Of a stretch of DNA of 35,746 bases, positions 28,101 through 35,746 are shown in pieces; position 1 is the first letter of the stretch; the number at the start of each line of letters is the position of its first letter. A program made the position numbers and the translations under genes. The notes under the pieces are model-generated. The model had not been told where the DNA came from. It saw only the letters and a program-made list of their open reading frames with translations, and did not search any database. This DNA is from a virus. Taxonomy: Duplodnaviria; Heunggongvirae; Uroviricota; Caudoviricetes. Location: positions 1 to 35,746 of the IMG/VR virus record IMGVR_UViG_2563366879_000004. The stretch is one strand, 5' to 3'.

Positions 28101-28271
28101 ATTGAATCATACCAAGTAAACCGTTGTATTTGATCTCTCCTTATATAATTTTTTGTTATTAATAAATATAATTAAATAACAAAATGAAATAAAACTAATC
28201 TTCAACCGTCTCATCACAAGAAATATCAACAAATCAAGAATATCGTTTGATTATCTAGTCTTTCCAATTCA

Positions 28272-30566
28272 TTAAAATAAAAACAATGCTTCATCTTCAA
28301 TTCCCGGCCAAACATCAGCAACCGGATACGTGAATTTTTTCCCGTCATAATTTACAGTTGCTCCACGCGCCAGCGCCTCAAGTTCCCATCGCTGCGGCCT
28401 GATACCGTTCTGAGCAAGGTCAACGCGGATACGGGTAATTTGCATTCGTTCTGACCGGGTCAGTCTGGCCGATGGCGCTATTTCATGTGGTTTTAACGGT
28501 TTTCCGTTTCTTTGCTGGCGGTTTGGTCTTCTCAGTCCGTGTTTTAATGCCCCCCTGAGCGCCCTCACGACCTCCGGGTCACTCCATTCGATGACACCGT
28601 CATCAACCAGATTAAGCACTGCTGCGGCGTTCTCAGTAGGTGTGGGAGCCGGTAACGAAGTATCACCACCGGTGAGCTTTCCACAGTTATTGACAGGACT
28701 CCGAGGCGCGGCGATGCCGCTTTTTAAAGTCAAAGGCTCAACGACCGGAACTTTCGGAACAATGCGCCAGTCCGTCGTTCTGGTGATATGAATATGACGC
28801 GCGCCGAGATGCGGTGCGTAAATGCCGACCACTCTCTCGACCTCTTCCTCGTACTCGTTAACGTCATCCGACGGGCTACGGGCGACTCTGACAGTCTGAC
28901 AATCGCGCGGAACATTTGCCCCACCCTGCGCGCTGATATACAACGCAAAATCACCTCTGTCTGCGGCGGCGCGTGCAGCCTCGACGCGCTCGTCAAACTC
29001 ATCAGCAATGCTGACGCCGCGAGGCAATTTGCGTAGTTCACGGTAAGCCCCCATTGTCGGCAGACCAACCGTTTTAAATTGCGGAATGCGCCACGTTGAC
29101 GCCCATGCGGTAACAGCCGCAGCAGTATCTTTCAGCGGCCTGCCGGTATCGTTATCGAGCTGACCATCCAGTGCATAGCCATCGATGTTTTTTGAGATGT
29201 ATTTCGCGATATATCCCGCAGCACCGCCCCGGTTAAGGTGTTTTGCCTGAAAACGGTTTCGCGCGGCTCCTCTTTCGTCGCCATCCTCTTTGAGCGCATA
29301 GCGACGCATGATTTCGATAATCTGGTTACGCTGGCGTGGATTACAAAAAAGCATCATATGCCAGTGCGGCGTTCCGTCGTGGTGTGGCTCGACGACACGC
29401 AAACCGTAGACCTGTAAATCATTATCCTTGAATGCCGTGCGCATCAGGCTCCAGATGCGGCAGAGATAACGCTGCGCATCCTTTGGATTAAATGCCTCAT
29501 CGTTCCAGCCGTGATTAAGCTGAACGGTTTTACTTTCGCCTTTTCTGACCTGACGAGTCGGGTGATACTTTGACGGCGCGGTCAGCGTGATAAACATCCC
29601 CACATCACCCTCTGCGGCGGCGTAACGCTCAATACCGGCAATGGTGTTCATCAGCTCCATCCGGCGAATTTCAGGATTAGAAATACTGCCCATCACCTTA
29701 CTGATAAGGTCGATGCGCTCGCCGGTTTCCCTGTTTTCAAGGTCACACGATTTAAGAAATTCCAGATTTGCCTGGCGGCGCGCACGCACATCACGAATGG
29801 CGTGTTTACTGGCATAAGGAGAACGGTCTTTATTGACCTCCCCGACAGCTATCAGTAACGCTTCATGCCAGCGCATACGCTGGCCTTTAAGCTGATGAGT
29901 CCACCACTCATCGTTAAACAGACGGGCAATGGCAGAATATGCCTGCCTCGTGGTTATCTGTCCTTTACGGTATTTTTTCCAGTAGAGCGGGGAAATATTG
30001 AAAGCACGTGCAGCGCCAGCAACATGACCATACAGGTGAGCCTGCGCCTCATCCGTAAACAGTGATTCTTTTTCGCCATGCGCATCCACCCAGGCATCGC
30101 TGAGTTCCTCATACATCATGAAAAGCTGCGATGAGATACGGGCAGCAAACTTTTTCAGCTCCTTGTCATTCATTCCAGGCAGGCGCGCATAGTGGTCACG
30201 CTCTGCCAGAAACAGCAACGACGCGTCGGTGTTCATTTCATTGCGCTGATTAACGCGCTCAATGCGCGGCCATAAACGACGCTGAAAAGTGGATGTGAGG
30301 AAATAAAACCCGTGCAACGGGCTTTTATTGCGCCGGATGTAGTCATAGCGTGAAGTAAACAGCGAGCGCAAAAAGTAAGGCAGGCGGTTAATCGTGGATA
30401 AAACACCTTGCACCTGACGCATCTCGTCACGTGTAAGGGGTCTTTCGCGCCCGACAGCCTCGCGTGGCGCATTCCATGCATAAGCACCGGTAAACGCCTT
30501 ACCGGTGCCTGCGGCAAACGCAGACGGAGGTACGCAGGTGTATTGCTCCTGGAAAGAATGACTCAT
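28272..30566 (-). CDS. A: Replication initiation protein gpA (rolling-circle nickase)
   Basis: 764-aa ORF (recalled P2 gpA about 761 aa); N-terminal region resembles the recalled gpA sequence; position between orf83-side genes and the cos-proximal hotspot. Confidence 0.88.
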   Translation of the reverse strand: MSHSFQEQYTCVPPSAFAAGTGKAFTGAYAWNAPREAVGRERPLTRDEMRQVQGVLSTINRLPYFLRSLFTSRYDYIRRNKSPLHGFYFLTSTFQRRLWPRIERVNQRNEMNTDASLLFLAERDHYARLPGMNDKELKKFAARISSQLFMMYEELSDAWVDAHGEKESLFTDEAQAHLYGHVAGAARAFNISPLYWKKYRKGQITTRQAYSAIARLFNDEWWTHQLKGQRMRWHEALLIAVGEVNKDRSPYASKHAIRDVRARRQANLEFLKSCDLENRETGERIDLISKVMGSISNPEIRRMELMNTIAGIERYAAAEGDVGMFITLTAPSKYHPTRQVRKGESKTVQLNHGWNDEAFNPKDAQRYLCRIWSLMRTAFKDNDLQVYGLRVVEPHHDGTPHWHMMLFCNPRQRNQIIEIMRRYALKEDGDERGAARNRFQAKHLNRGGAAGYIAKYISKNIDGYALDGQLDNDTGRPLKDTAAAVTAWASTWRIPQFKTVGLPTMGAYRELRKLPRGVSIADEFDERVEAARAAADRGDFALYISAQGGANVPRDCQTVRVARSPSDDVNEYEEEVERVVGIYAPHLGARHIHITRTTDWRIVPKVPVVEPLTLKSGIAAPRSPVNNCGKLTGGDTSLPAPTPTENAAAVLNLVDDGVIEWSDPEVVRALRGALKHGLRRPNRQQRNGKPLKPHEIAPSARLTRSERMQITRIRVDLAQNGIRPQRWELEALARGATVNYDGKKFTYPVADVWPGIEDEALFLF

Positions 30567-31570
30567 TCACATACACCGGCATAGACACTACTGCAAACGG
30601 CTTTATCATTCGCCGAAGCCAGTAAATCAAACTGAGTACCCCCACGCGTTGTCATTGTCCAGTCATGGTAGGTTTCTATTCCGTATGCCTCGACTGTTAC
30701 AATCTCAATACGACGTTCTGCGCGTAACGGATCATGTGTGGATGGGAAAAAAGTGGAATTTCCCCGACGGGAGCACGACGCAACCAGTCGTTCCCATTCA
30801 GCAACCCGCTTTATTTCCTCCGGCCACCGGCGAAAAATTTCTGCCAGTTCAGATTTACGGACATGAATACATGGCATACAACCAACACGGCCACACCCCT
30901 GCTGATATAACGGATTTGGCTTAATGTCATGTCTTCTGGCTATTGCAAATACATCTTCATGCTTCCAGTGCAAAATCGGGCGATATACATGCAATCCGGG
31001 GGTGTTGTCTGCATCCTCTTCCCAGACAGGTAAAGCTGCGCGTGATGGCGATTCCTGAGCACGCACTCCCTGCCAGCTAATCACTTCCTCAAATTCATTG
31101 AGTAAAGGCAGGATTACCTGAGAACGCACGGGTTCATGTTTCAGTTCAAATGTGCAAAATCTGGCTTTGGTTGATGGGAAACGCCCCTTCCACAGACACA
31201 AATCAAGAAACGGGATACCCGTTGGTTTGAGAATTTCCAGCGCACAACTGATGCGCTGGTGCGCTTCTTCTTCCGACATTCCACAATCGTTAACCAACAA
31301 ATCAGGCCATTTGGTCTGGATAAACTTGCGCTTTGATTCAATCCGGCAGGAAAAATCAGCCCTGACCCTTTGAATTGGGCCAAGCCGTTTTTCCAGATAA
31401 TCCAGATATTTCATTGTCTGTGGATGTTCATGTCCCGTATCAGCAAAAACCGGCAATATGGGTACATTTTCTTCAATAGCGACAAGCCACTGAGCAAGGC
31501 TGTCCTTTCCACCTGAAACAAAAATAACATTGATGGTATTTTCAGTATGGCAACGAGCATCAGTAATCAT
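30563..31570 (-). CDS. PAPS-reductase-family PP-loop protein (335 aa), accessory gene between orf83 and A
   Basis: N-terminal SGGKDS PP-loop motif; C-terminal cysteine cluster CGRVGCMPC; ATGA-type overlaps with both neighbours; absent from the recalled P2 map. Confidence 0.65.
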   Translation of the reverse strand: MITDARCHTENTINVIFVSGGKDSLAQWLVAIEENVPILPVFADTGHEHPQTMKYLDYLEKRLGPIQRVRADFSCRIESKRKFIQTKWPDLLVNDCGMSEEEAHQRISCALEILKPTGIPFLDLCLWKGRFPSTKARFCTFELKHEPVRSQVILPLLNEFEEVISWQGVRAQESPSRAALPVWEEDADNTPGLHVYRPILHWKHEDVFAIARRHDIKPNPLYQQGCGRVGCMPCIHVRKSELAEIFRRWPEEIKRVAEWERLVASCSRRGNSTFFPSTHDPLRAERRIEIVTVEAYGIETYHDWTMTTRGGTQFDLLASANDKAVCSSVYAGVCE

Positions 31571-31845
31571 TCAGACGCTCCTCTGGAGAACGCCTCTGAA
31601 CAACGCTTGCTGAGCTGCTCAACCTGCGTGTTTAAATCGGCAAAAGATTTTGCGCTTCCGGTCAGAATATCGTGATGCATCAGGCCGGAAACGAGCTGGC
31701 TTAATTTCGGATAATAACCAACCACCGCCAGCCATTCCTGACCGGCGTTTTTACCGCTTTCCGCTCTCTTTTTCTCGTGGAGAATAAACTGAAAGCTGTC
31801 ACTGGTAACGACATAACGTTCGCCAATTTCAATACGAATACTCAT
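31567..31845 (-). CDS. Hypothetical early protein (P2 orf83 position)
   Basis: 92-aa ORF in the early operon, synteny with P2 orf83. Confidence 0.6.
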   Translation of the reverse strand: MSIRIEIGERYVVTSDSFQFILHEKKRAESGKNAGQEWLAVVGYYPKLSQLVSGLMHHDILTGSAKSFADLNTQVEQLSKRCSEAFSRGASE

Positions 31846-32066
31846 GCCGTTCTCCGGTAATGCTTGTTTTTTGCTTCAAAGACTGACTGGCAGGAAACAC
31901 AACGCGTGGCTGACGGATAAGCCGCACGACGGGCAGCAGGTATTGGCGCGTCACACTCTTCGCAAACCAGCGCAGAAACACCGCAATGTTTTACCCTTGC
32001 CGCGTTAATCTGGCGCTCCAGTAATTCAGCCTGTTGTTCCTGAATAAAATCTACGTTGTCCGGCAT
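31842..32066 (-). CDS. TraR/DksA-family C4 zinc-finger protein (P2 orf82 position)
   Basis: 74-aa ORF with CEEC...CVSC zinc-finger pattern; overlapping stop/start with neighbours. Confidence 0.65.
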   Translation of the reverse strand: MPDNVDFIQEQQAELLERQINAARVKHCGVSALVCEECDAPIPAARRAAYPSATRCVSCQSVFEAKNKHYRRTA

Positions 32067-32371
32067 TACCAGCTCCTTTTGTCGTTCAGCTTCTTAAATT
32101 CATCAGCACAATAACTGGCGATTTCTGTCGTTAATTTCGTCAGTTCATCCACGGCGGAGATTTGCTTGTGAAATACAGCGCGTTTAACAAGTAAATTGAC
32201 CACATCAGACAGGAGGTTTAATTCGTTCTGATAAATCGCGATAACAGACTCAGTTATTTCGCGTTTTTCTTTATCAAGACAAAGTTGAATAAGAGACAAA
32301 TCACCATTTTTCATAACGGCGATTTTTAAGGCGTTATTCAGTAATACAACTGAATGAGAACAGGACATCAA
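32066..32371 (-). CDS. Hypothetical early protein (P2 orf81 position)
   Basis: 101-aa ORF, translationally coupled within the early operon. Confidence 0.6.
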   Translation of the reverse strand: MMSCSHSVVLLNNALKIAVMKNGDLSLIQLCLDKEKREITESVIAIYQNELNLLSDVVNLLVKRAVFHKQISAVDELTKLTTEIASYCADEFKKLNDKRSW

Positions 32372-32592
32372 AGCACCTCCCCGCGAGACAATCCGATATT
32401 GTGAAATTTTTCCGACTCCTGACTGATCAGCTCGACTATCTCCACGCGGGATAACTCCGCCTTTGTGATGTGGCGAATCATGGCGTCAAGATGAGAAGAA
32501 AAGCGCGTCGCAGCGTCGGCCTGTGCTTCGGTTCTGGACTGTTGCAGCAGTAATGCGTATTTACCGCACTGATTTTCAGAAACTGTATGCAT
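32368..32592 (-). CDS. Hypothetical early protein (P2 orf80 position)
   Basis: 74-aa ORF, synteny. Confidence 0.55.
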   Translation of the reverse strand: MHTVSENQCGKYALLLQQSRTEAQADAATRFSSHLDAMIRHITKAELSRVEIVELISQESEKFHNIGLSRGEVL

Positions 32593-32655
32593 GACTTTCT
32601 CCAGGCAAAAAGAAGCCCCGCACGATTAAGTGCGTTAAAAACTCTGGTTAATTAT

Positions 32656-33156
32656 TTAATGCAGATATTGCTCTGGTTTTACCGACGTCAGAATTGTCGG
32701 TGCATACTCAAACAGGCTGAATAATTCACGTAATGCACGGAATAAAGCATCACGCCAGTAACATGACTCTTCATTAATTCGCCAGTATGGCTGGTTGAAT
32801 TCTTTTTCAGTCAATCCGGCATGCATAAATAAAGTACGGCGCTGACTGACAGTTAAAAAGCTAATATATGCATACTCACTTGCACCGACCTGACGGCGTT
32901 TTGAGAATGCCCCACGCAATTCATCAATTGCACAAACCAGCCGTTCACGTTCGACGTCGTTCATTTCTTCAAAACGCATCGTTGCGTGACGTTGTTTTAA
33001 CTGCGCATGAAAGCAAACTGTTAGCCGTTCGCGCTCCATCATCTGATTATAATAATCACATGTATCCTGCCAGCGAGGAACGGCAAGATGCTTACCAATT
33101 ATCCGGCGCATGGTTGCTGGCTGTTTTTCAACGAGATTGAGCGTCATCACTGTCAT
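32656..33156 (-). CDS. B: Replication protein gpB (helicase-loader-like)
   Basis: ATG at 33156 with GGAGG 8 nt upstream gives 166 aa, P2 gpB length; the supplied ORF starts 2 codons earlier. Confidence 0.8.
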   Translation of the reverse strand: MTVMTLNLVEKQPATMRRIIGKHLAVPRWQDTCDYYNQMMERERLTVCFHAQLKQRHATMRFEEMNDVERERLVCAIDELRGAFSKRRQVGASEYAYISFLTVSQRRTLFMHAGLTEKEFNQPYWRINEESCYWRDALFRALRELFSLFEYAPTILTSVKPEQYLH

Positions 33157-33323
33157 TTCCATACCCTCCGGCTTTTCAGAAAGGTCAGAGCCTTTTTTAA
33201 CGGACTCTGTTTTTTGGTGCGGATAATGATTCCCTTACGCCCCTTACCGTGGGTGATGGTGAAGTCAATCGCCCTGGGGCTTTCGTTACGCAGTAACTGA
33301 GCAATACAACGAGGCTCATTCAT
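33153..33323 (-). CDS. Hypothetical small early protein (P2 orf78 position)
   Basis: ATG at 33323 preceded by AAGGAG at 7-nt spacing; 56 aa; the supplied ORF starts at an upstream GTG. Confidence 0.6.
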   Translation of the reverse strand: MNEPRCIAQLLRNESPRAIDFTITHGKGRKGIIIRTKKQSPLKKALTFLKSRRVWK

Positions 33324-33333
33324 ACGGTTCTCC

Positions 33334-33609
33334 TTAACGTGGTTCACCGAGACCTAACCACATCAACCAGCCGTCACGAATCTCTTTAGGGCGGCTTTCA
33401 TAAGCCAGTTTTAGTCCGTTATTCCATGCCGGAAGGTATACCCAATATTCACCTGCACGACCTGAAGCTGATTGTGGATCGGTCATATCAATTACAGGCA
33501 GCTTTCCTTTATCGATCATCCGACGAACCGCTCCTGTCGATTTTCCTATTAGTTTTGCGAACTCCTGATAAGGAATCGCATCAGTCATGAGTGTTACTTG
33601 CTTGCTCAT
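33334..33609 (-). CDS. cox: Cox, excisionase and repressor of Pc
   Basis: 91-aa ORF, first gene of the early operon facing C; P2 Cox length. Confidence 0.85.
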   Translation of the reverse strand: MSKQVTLMTDAIPYQEFAKLIGKSTGAVRRMIDKGKLPVIDMTDPQSASGRAGEYWVYLPAWNNGLKLAYESRPKEIRDGWLMWLGLGEPR

Positions 33610-33690
33610 GTCGTCCCCCAGCCCTCATGAATTGCGTTTAATGCCTTATAATGCCTTTTAGTGCCCACATCCAAGCACTAAACAATCTAC

Positions 33691-33730
33691 ATCTAAACTA
33701 AATACTATTGAGATCTAAACACTATGTCAA
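33691..33730 (-). promoter_or_regulatory. Early promoter Pe (-35 TTGACA, 17-bp spacer, -10 TAGTAT on minus strand) flanked by two 8-bp direct-repeat operator half-sites (atctaaac)
   Basis: rc of 33725-33730 is TTGACA; rc of 33702-33707 is TAGTAT; exact 17-bp spacer; atctaaac at 33691-33698 and 33713-33720 (22 bp apart) flank the -10, the arrangement known for the P2 C operator. Confidence 0.6.
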
Positions 33731-34023
33731 ACACGATAAGCGAGAAGATAGTCTTAATGCGAAAATCAGAGTATTTGAGCAGACAACAACTTGCTGATTT
33801 AACAGGGGTTCCGTATGGCACGCTGAGTTACTATGAAAGTGGTCGTTCAACACCTCCAACAGATGTCATGATGAACATCCTGCAGACCCCACAATTCACC
33901 AAATACACTTTATGGTTCATGACCAATCAGGTCGCTCCTGAGTCCGGGCAAATTGCGCCCGCTCTCGCACACTTTGGGCAAAACGAAACAACGTCGCCCC
34001 ACTCCGGTCAAAAGACTGGTTAA
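33724..34023 (+). CDS. C: Immunity repressor C
   Basis: 99-aa ORF with HTH segment SRQQLADLTGVPYGTLSYYESG; P2 C length; divergent from cox. Confidence 0.88.
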   Translation: MSNTISEKIVLMRKSEYLSRQQLADLTGVPYGTLSYYESGRSTPPTDVMMNILQTPQFTKYTLWFMTNQVAPESGQIAPALAHFGQNETTSPHSGQKTG

Positions 34024-34138
34024 CAATTCATCGTGAATATATTCATCACAAGTGCCTACTATTGGTGGCTAAATTTCAGCCACCACGAAAAAAGCGATTA
34101 GTAGTCGCAAAAAAACACACCACTCGGAGGGTTTTCTG

Positions 34139-35152
34139 ATGGCAATCAAAAAACTCGATGATGGTCGATATGAAGTGGACATCCGCCCTACTGGACGTAA
34201 TGGAAAACGCATCCGTAGGAAGTTTGATAAGAAAAGCGAAGCTGTCGCTTTCGAGAAATACACGTTGTACAACCACCACAATAAAGAATGGCTATCAAAA
34301 CCAACAGACAAGCGACGTCTGTCGGAGCTGACACAGATCTGGTGGGATTTAAAGGGTAAACACGAAGAGCATGGGAAATCTAATCTTGGAAAAATTGAAA
34401 TCTTCACAAAAATAACGAATGACCCATGCGCATTTCAAATTACGAAATCGCTTATCAGCCAGTACTGCGCCACCCGAAGAAGTCAGGGTATTAAACCTTC
34501 GAGTATCAATCGTGATTTAACATGTATTAGCGGCATGTTTACAGCCCTGATTGAAGCGGAGTTATTCTTTGGTGAGCACCCTATCAGAGGGACAAAAAGG
34601 CTTAAGGAGGAAAAACCAGACACAGGCTATCTCACGCAGGAAGAAATTGCCTTACTGCTTGCTGCTCTTGACGGCGACAACAAAAAGATTGCGATTCTTT
34701 GCCTGAGCACTGGAGCACGTTGGGGAGAAGCAGCTCGTTTGAAAGCAGAAAATATCATCCATAACCGCGTCACGTTTGTTAAAACGAAAACAAACAAACC
34801 ACGCACCGTCCCGATCTCAGAGGCTGTTGCCAAAATGATCGCGGATAACAAACGAGGTTTTTTATTCCCTGATGCTGATTACCCTCGCTTCAGACGAACA
34901 ATGAAAGCAATAAAACCGGATTTGCCAATGGGGCAAGCCACACATGCACTAAGGCACAGCTTTGCCACTCATTTCATGATTAATGGAGGAAGTATTATCA
35001 CGCTACAACGGATACTAGGTCACACGCGGATTGAGCAAACTATGGTTTACGCTCATTTTGCGCCAGAGTACCTTCAGGACGCCATTTCTCTTAATCCGCT
35101 AAGAGGTGGTACTGAGGCCGAGAGTGTCCACACAGTGTCCACAGTAGAGTAA
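34139..35152 (+). CDS. int: Tyrosine integrase
   Basis: 337-aa ORF with C-terminal catalytic signature (HALRHSFATH... and Y in MVYAHFAPEY); ends 80 nt from the attR core. Confidence 0.9.
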   Translation: MAIKKLDDGRYEVDIRPTGRNGKRIRRKFDKKSEAVAFEKYTLYNHHNKEWLSKPTDKRRLSELTQIWWDLKGKHEEHGKSNLGKIEIFTKITNDPCAFQITKSLISQYCATRRSQGIKPSSINRDLTCISGMFTALIEAELFFGEHPIRGTKRLKEEKPDTGYLTQEEIALLLAALDGDNKKIAILCLSTGARWGEAARLKAENIIHNRVTFVKTKTNKPRTVPISEAVAKMIADNKRGFLFPDADYPRFRRTMKAIKPDLPMGQATHALRHSFATHFMINGGSIITLQRILGHTRIEQTMVYAHFAPEYLQDAISLNPLRGGTEAESVHTVSTVE

Positions 35153-35231
35153 CGTTTAAGGGCTTTCAGTGGTAATTTATGCCGCTCAAACCCGCATTGT
35201 ACCGTTGAAAGCCCCTACTGGTGACACCCTA

Positions 35232-35259
35232 AATCTCCCTTACACGGGCTTATTTTTTA
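35232..35259. repeat. attR core (28 bp), identical to 1507-1534
   Basis: Exact direct repeat aatctcccttacacgggcttatttttta next to int. Confidence 0.8.
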
Positions 35260-35428
35260 TGCATAAGCTGTAAATACGGATTGATCCCTGGTCACCGTCT
35301 TCCATTGACCACATCGATAGAATCCTCCTTCATAGCACGATGCCTTTCACTTATCGACATCGTACTCGCACAGGTTCCAGTTACGCACAGCCAGAACGCG
35401 CATGTTTGACGCTTACCAAAAAATATTC

Positions 35429-35746
35429 TCACTCTCCACATTTGAATGTCAGACGAGCGACGCCATGTAATCCTGCACCTTCTGTCTTCAGGTCAACTAT
35501 CTGCATTTTTTTGCCCTGAGTAACACAGAAATGAGTTGCATCATTTTTTACTATATTTTCTGCACCAGATATTCTACCCCTGGCTAAAGAAGCTTCGGCT
35601 TCGGTGTAGTATTGGTTATCGAGTTTACGCTGAATATTACTTTTATATGCAAGGCCAAATTTACCGATACTTGTCTCATCATTATGCACAGCACAACCAG
35701 ACATAAGAAAAACACTAATTAATGATATAGCAGCTATCTTTTTCAC
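35429..35746 (-). CDS. yegR: Predicted lipoprotein YegR (host gene on the right flank); GTG start at the last window base
   Basis: 105-aa ORF with signal peptide and lipobox (LMSGC); matches the recalled size and context of E. coli yegR near the cyaR/ogrK locus. Confidence 0.7.
   Translation of the reverse strand: MKKIAAISLISVFLMSGCAVHNDETSIGKFGLAYKSNIQRKLDNQYYTEAEASLARGRISGAENIVKNDATHFCVTQGKKMQIVDLKTEGAGLHGVARLTFKCGE

Larger units (their letters stand above)
1507..35259 (-). mobile_element. Intact P2-like prophage (about 33.7 kb), bounded by 28-bp direct repeats; late genes on minus strand
   Basis: Complete P2 synteny from ogr to int between two identical 28-bp cores; cos sequence present; integrase adjacent to the right core. 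Confidence 0.9.

Noticed and set aside
28101-28271. Specific sigma70 promoter for the RT operon in the AT-rich stretch downstream of A
   Set aside because: Many overlapping AT-rich near-consensus hexamers; no single -35/-10 pair could be singled out by eye.
1-35746. CRISPR arrays, IS elements, tRNA or rRNA genes
   Set aside because: No regularly spaced direct repeats, terminal inverted repeats with a transposase ORF, or tRNA/rRNA-like sequences were seen; att integration is into an sRNA gene rather than a tRNA.

Overview
This window is an enterobacterial (E. coli-like) chromosomal segment carrying a complete, P2-like (Peduovirus-type) prophage of about 33.7 kb, integrated into the 3' terminator of the CyaR sRNA gene. 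The flanks are yegQ/trhP and cyaR on the left and yegR on the right. A 28-bp direct repeat (1507-1534 and 35232-35259) marks attL/attR. The prophage has the full P2 gene order in inverted orientation: ogr, D-U-T-E/E'-FII-FI, G-H-I-J-W-V, S-R-lysCBA-K-Y-X, L-M-N-O, then divergent P-Q, cos, replication gene A, orf83-80, B, cox, C and int. Gene assignments rest on the supplied ORF translations, synteny, overlapping start/stop junctions and recalled P2 protein lengths; no search was run. Three AT-rich cargo islands sit at the three classic variable positions of P2-like genomes. (1) The tin/old position between cos and A carries a retron-type reverse transcriptase with an overlapping upstream HTH gene, a possible 51-aa peptide, a highly structured upstream leader and a downstream 266-aa tail-anchored protein. 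This is the strongest candidate for an undescribed anti-phage system here. (2) The Z/fun position carries a two-gene module (85-aa protein plus 233-aa multi-TM protein). (3) The orf30 position carries an HNH-motif nuclease-domain protein. A PP-loop PAPS-reductase-family gene is additionally inserted between orf83 and A. No CRISPR array, rRNA, tRNA or IS element was seen.
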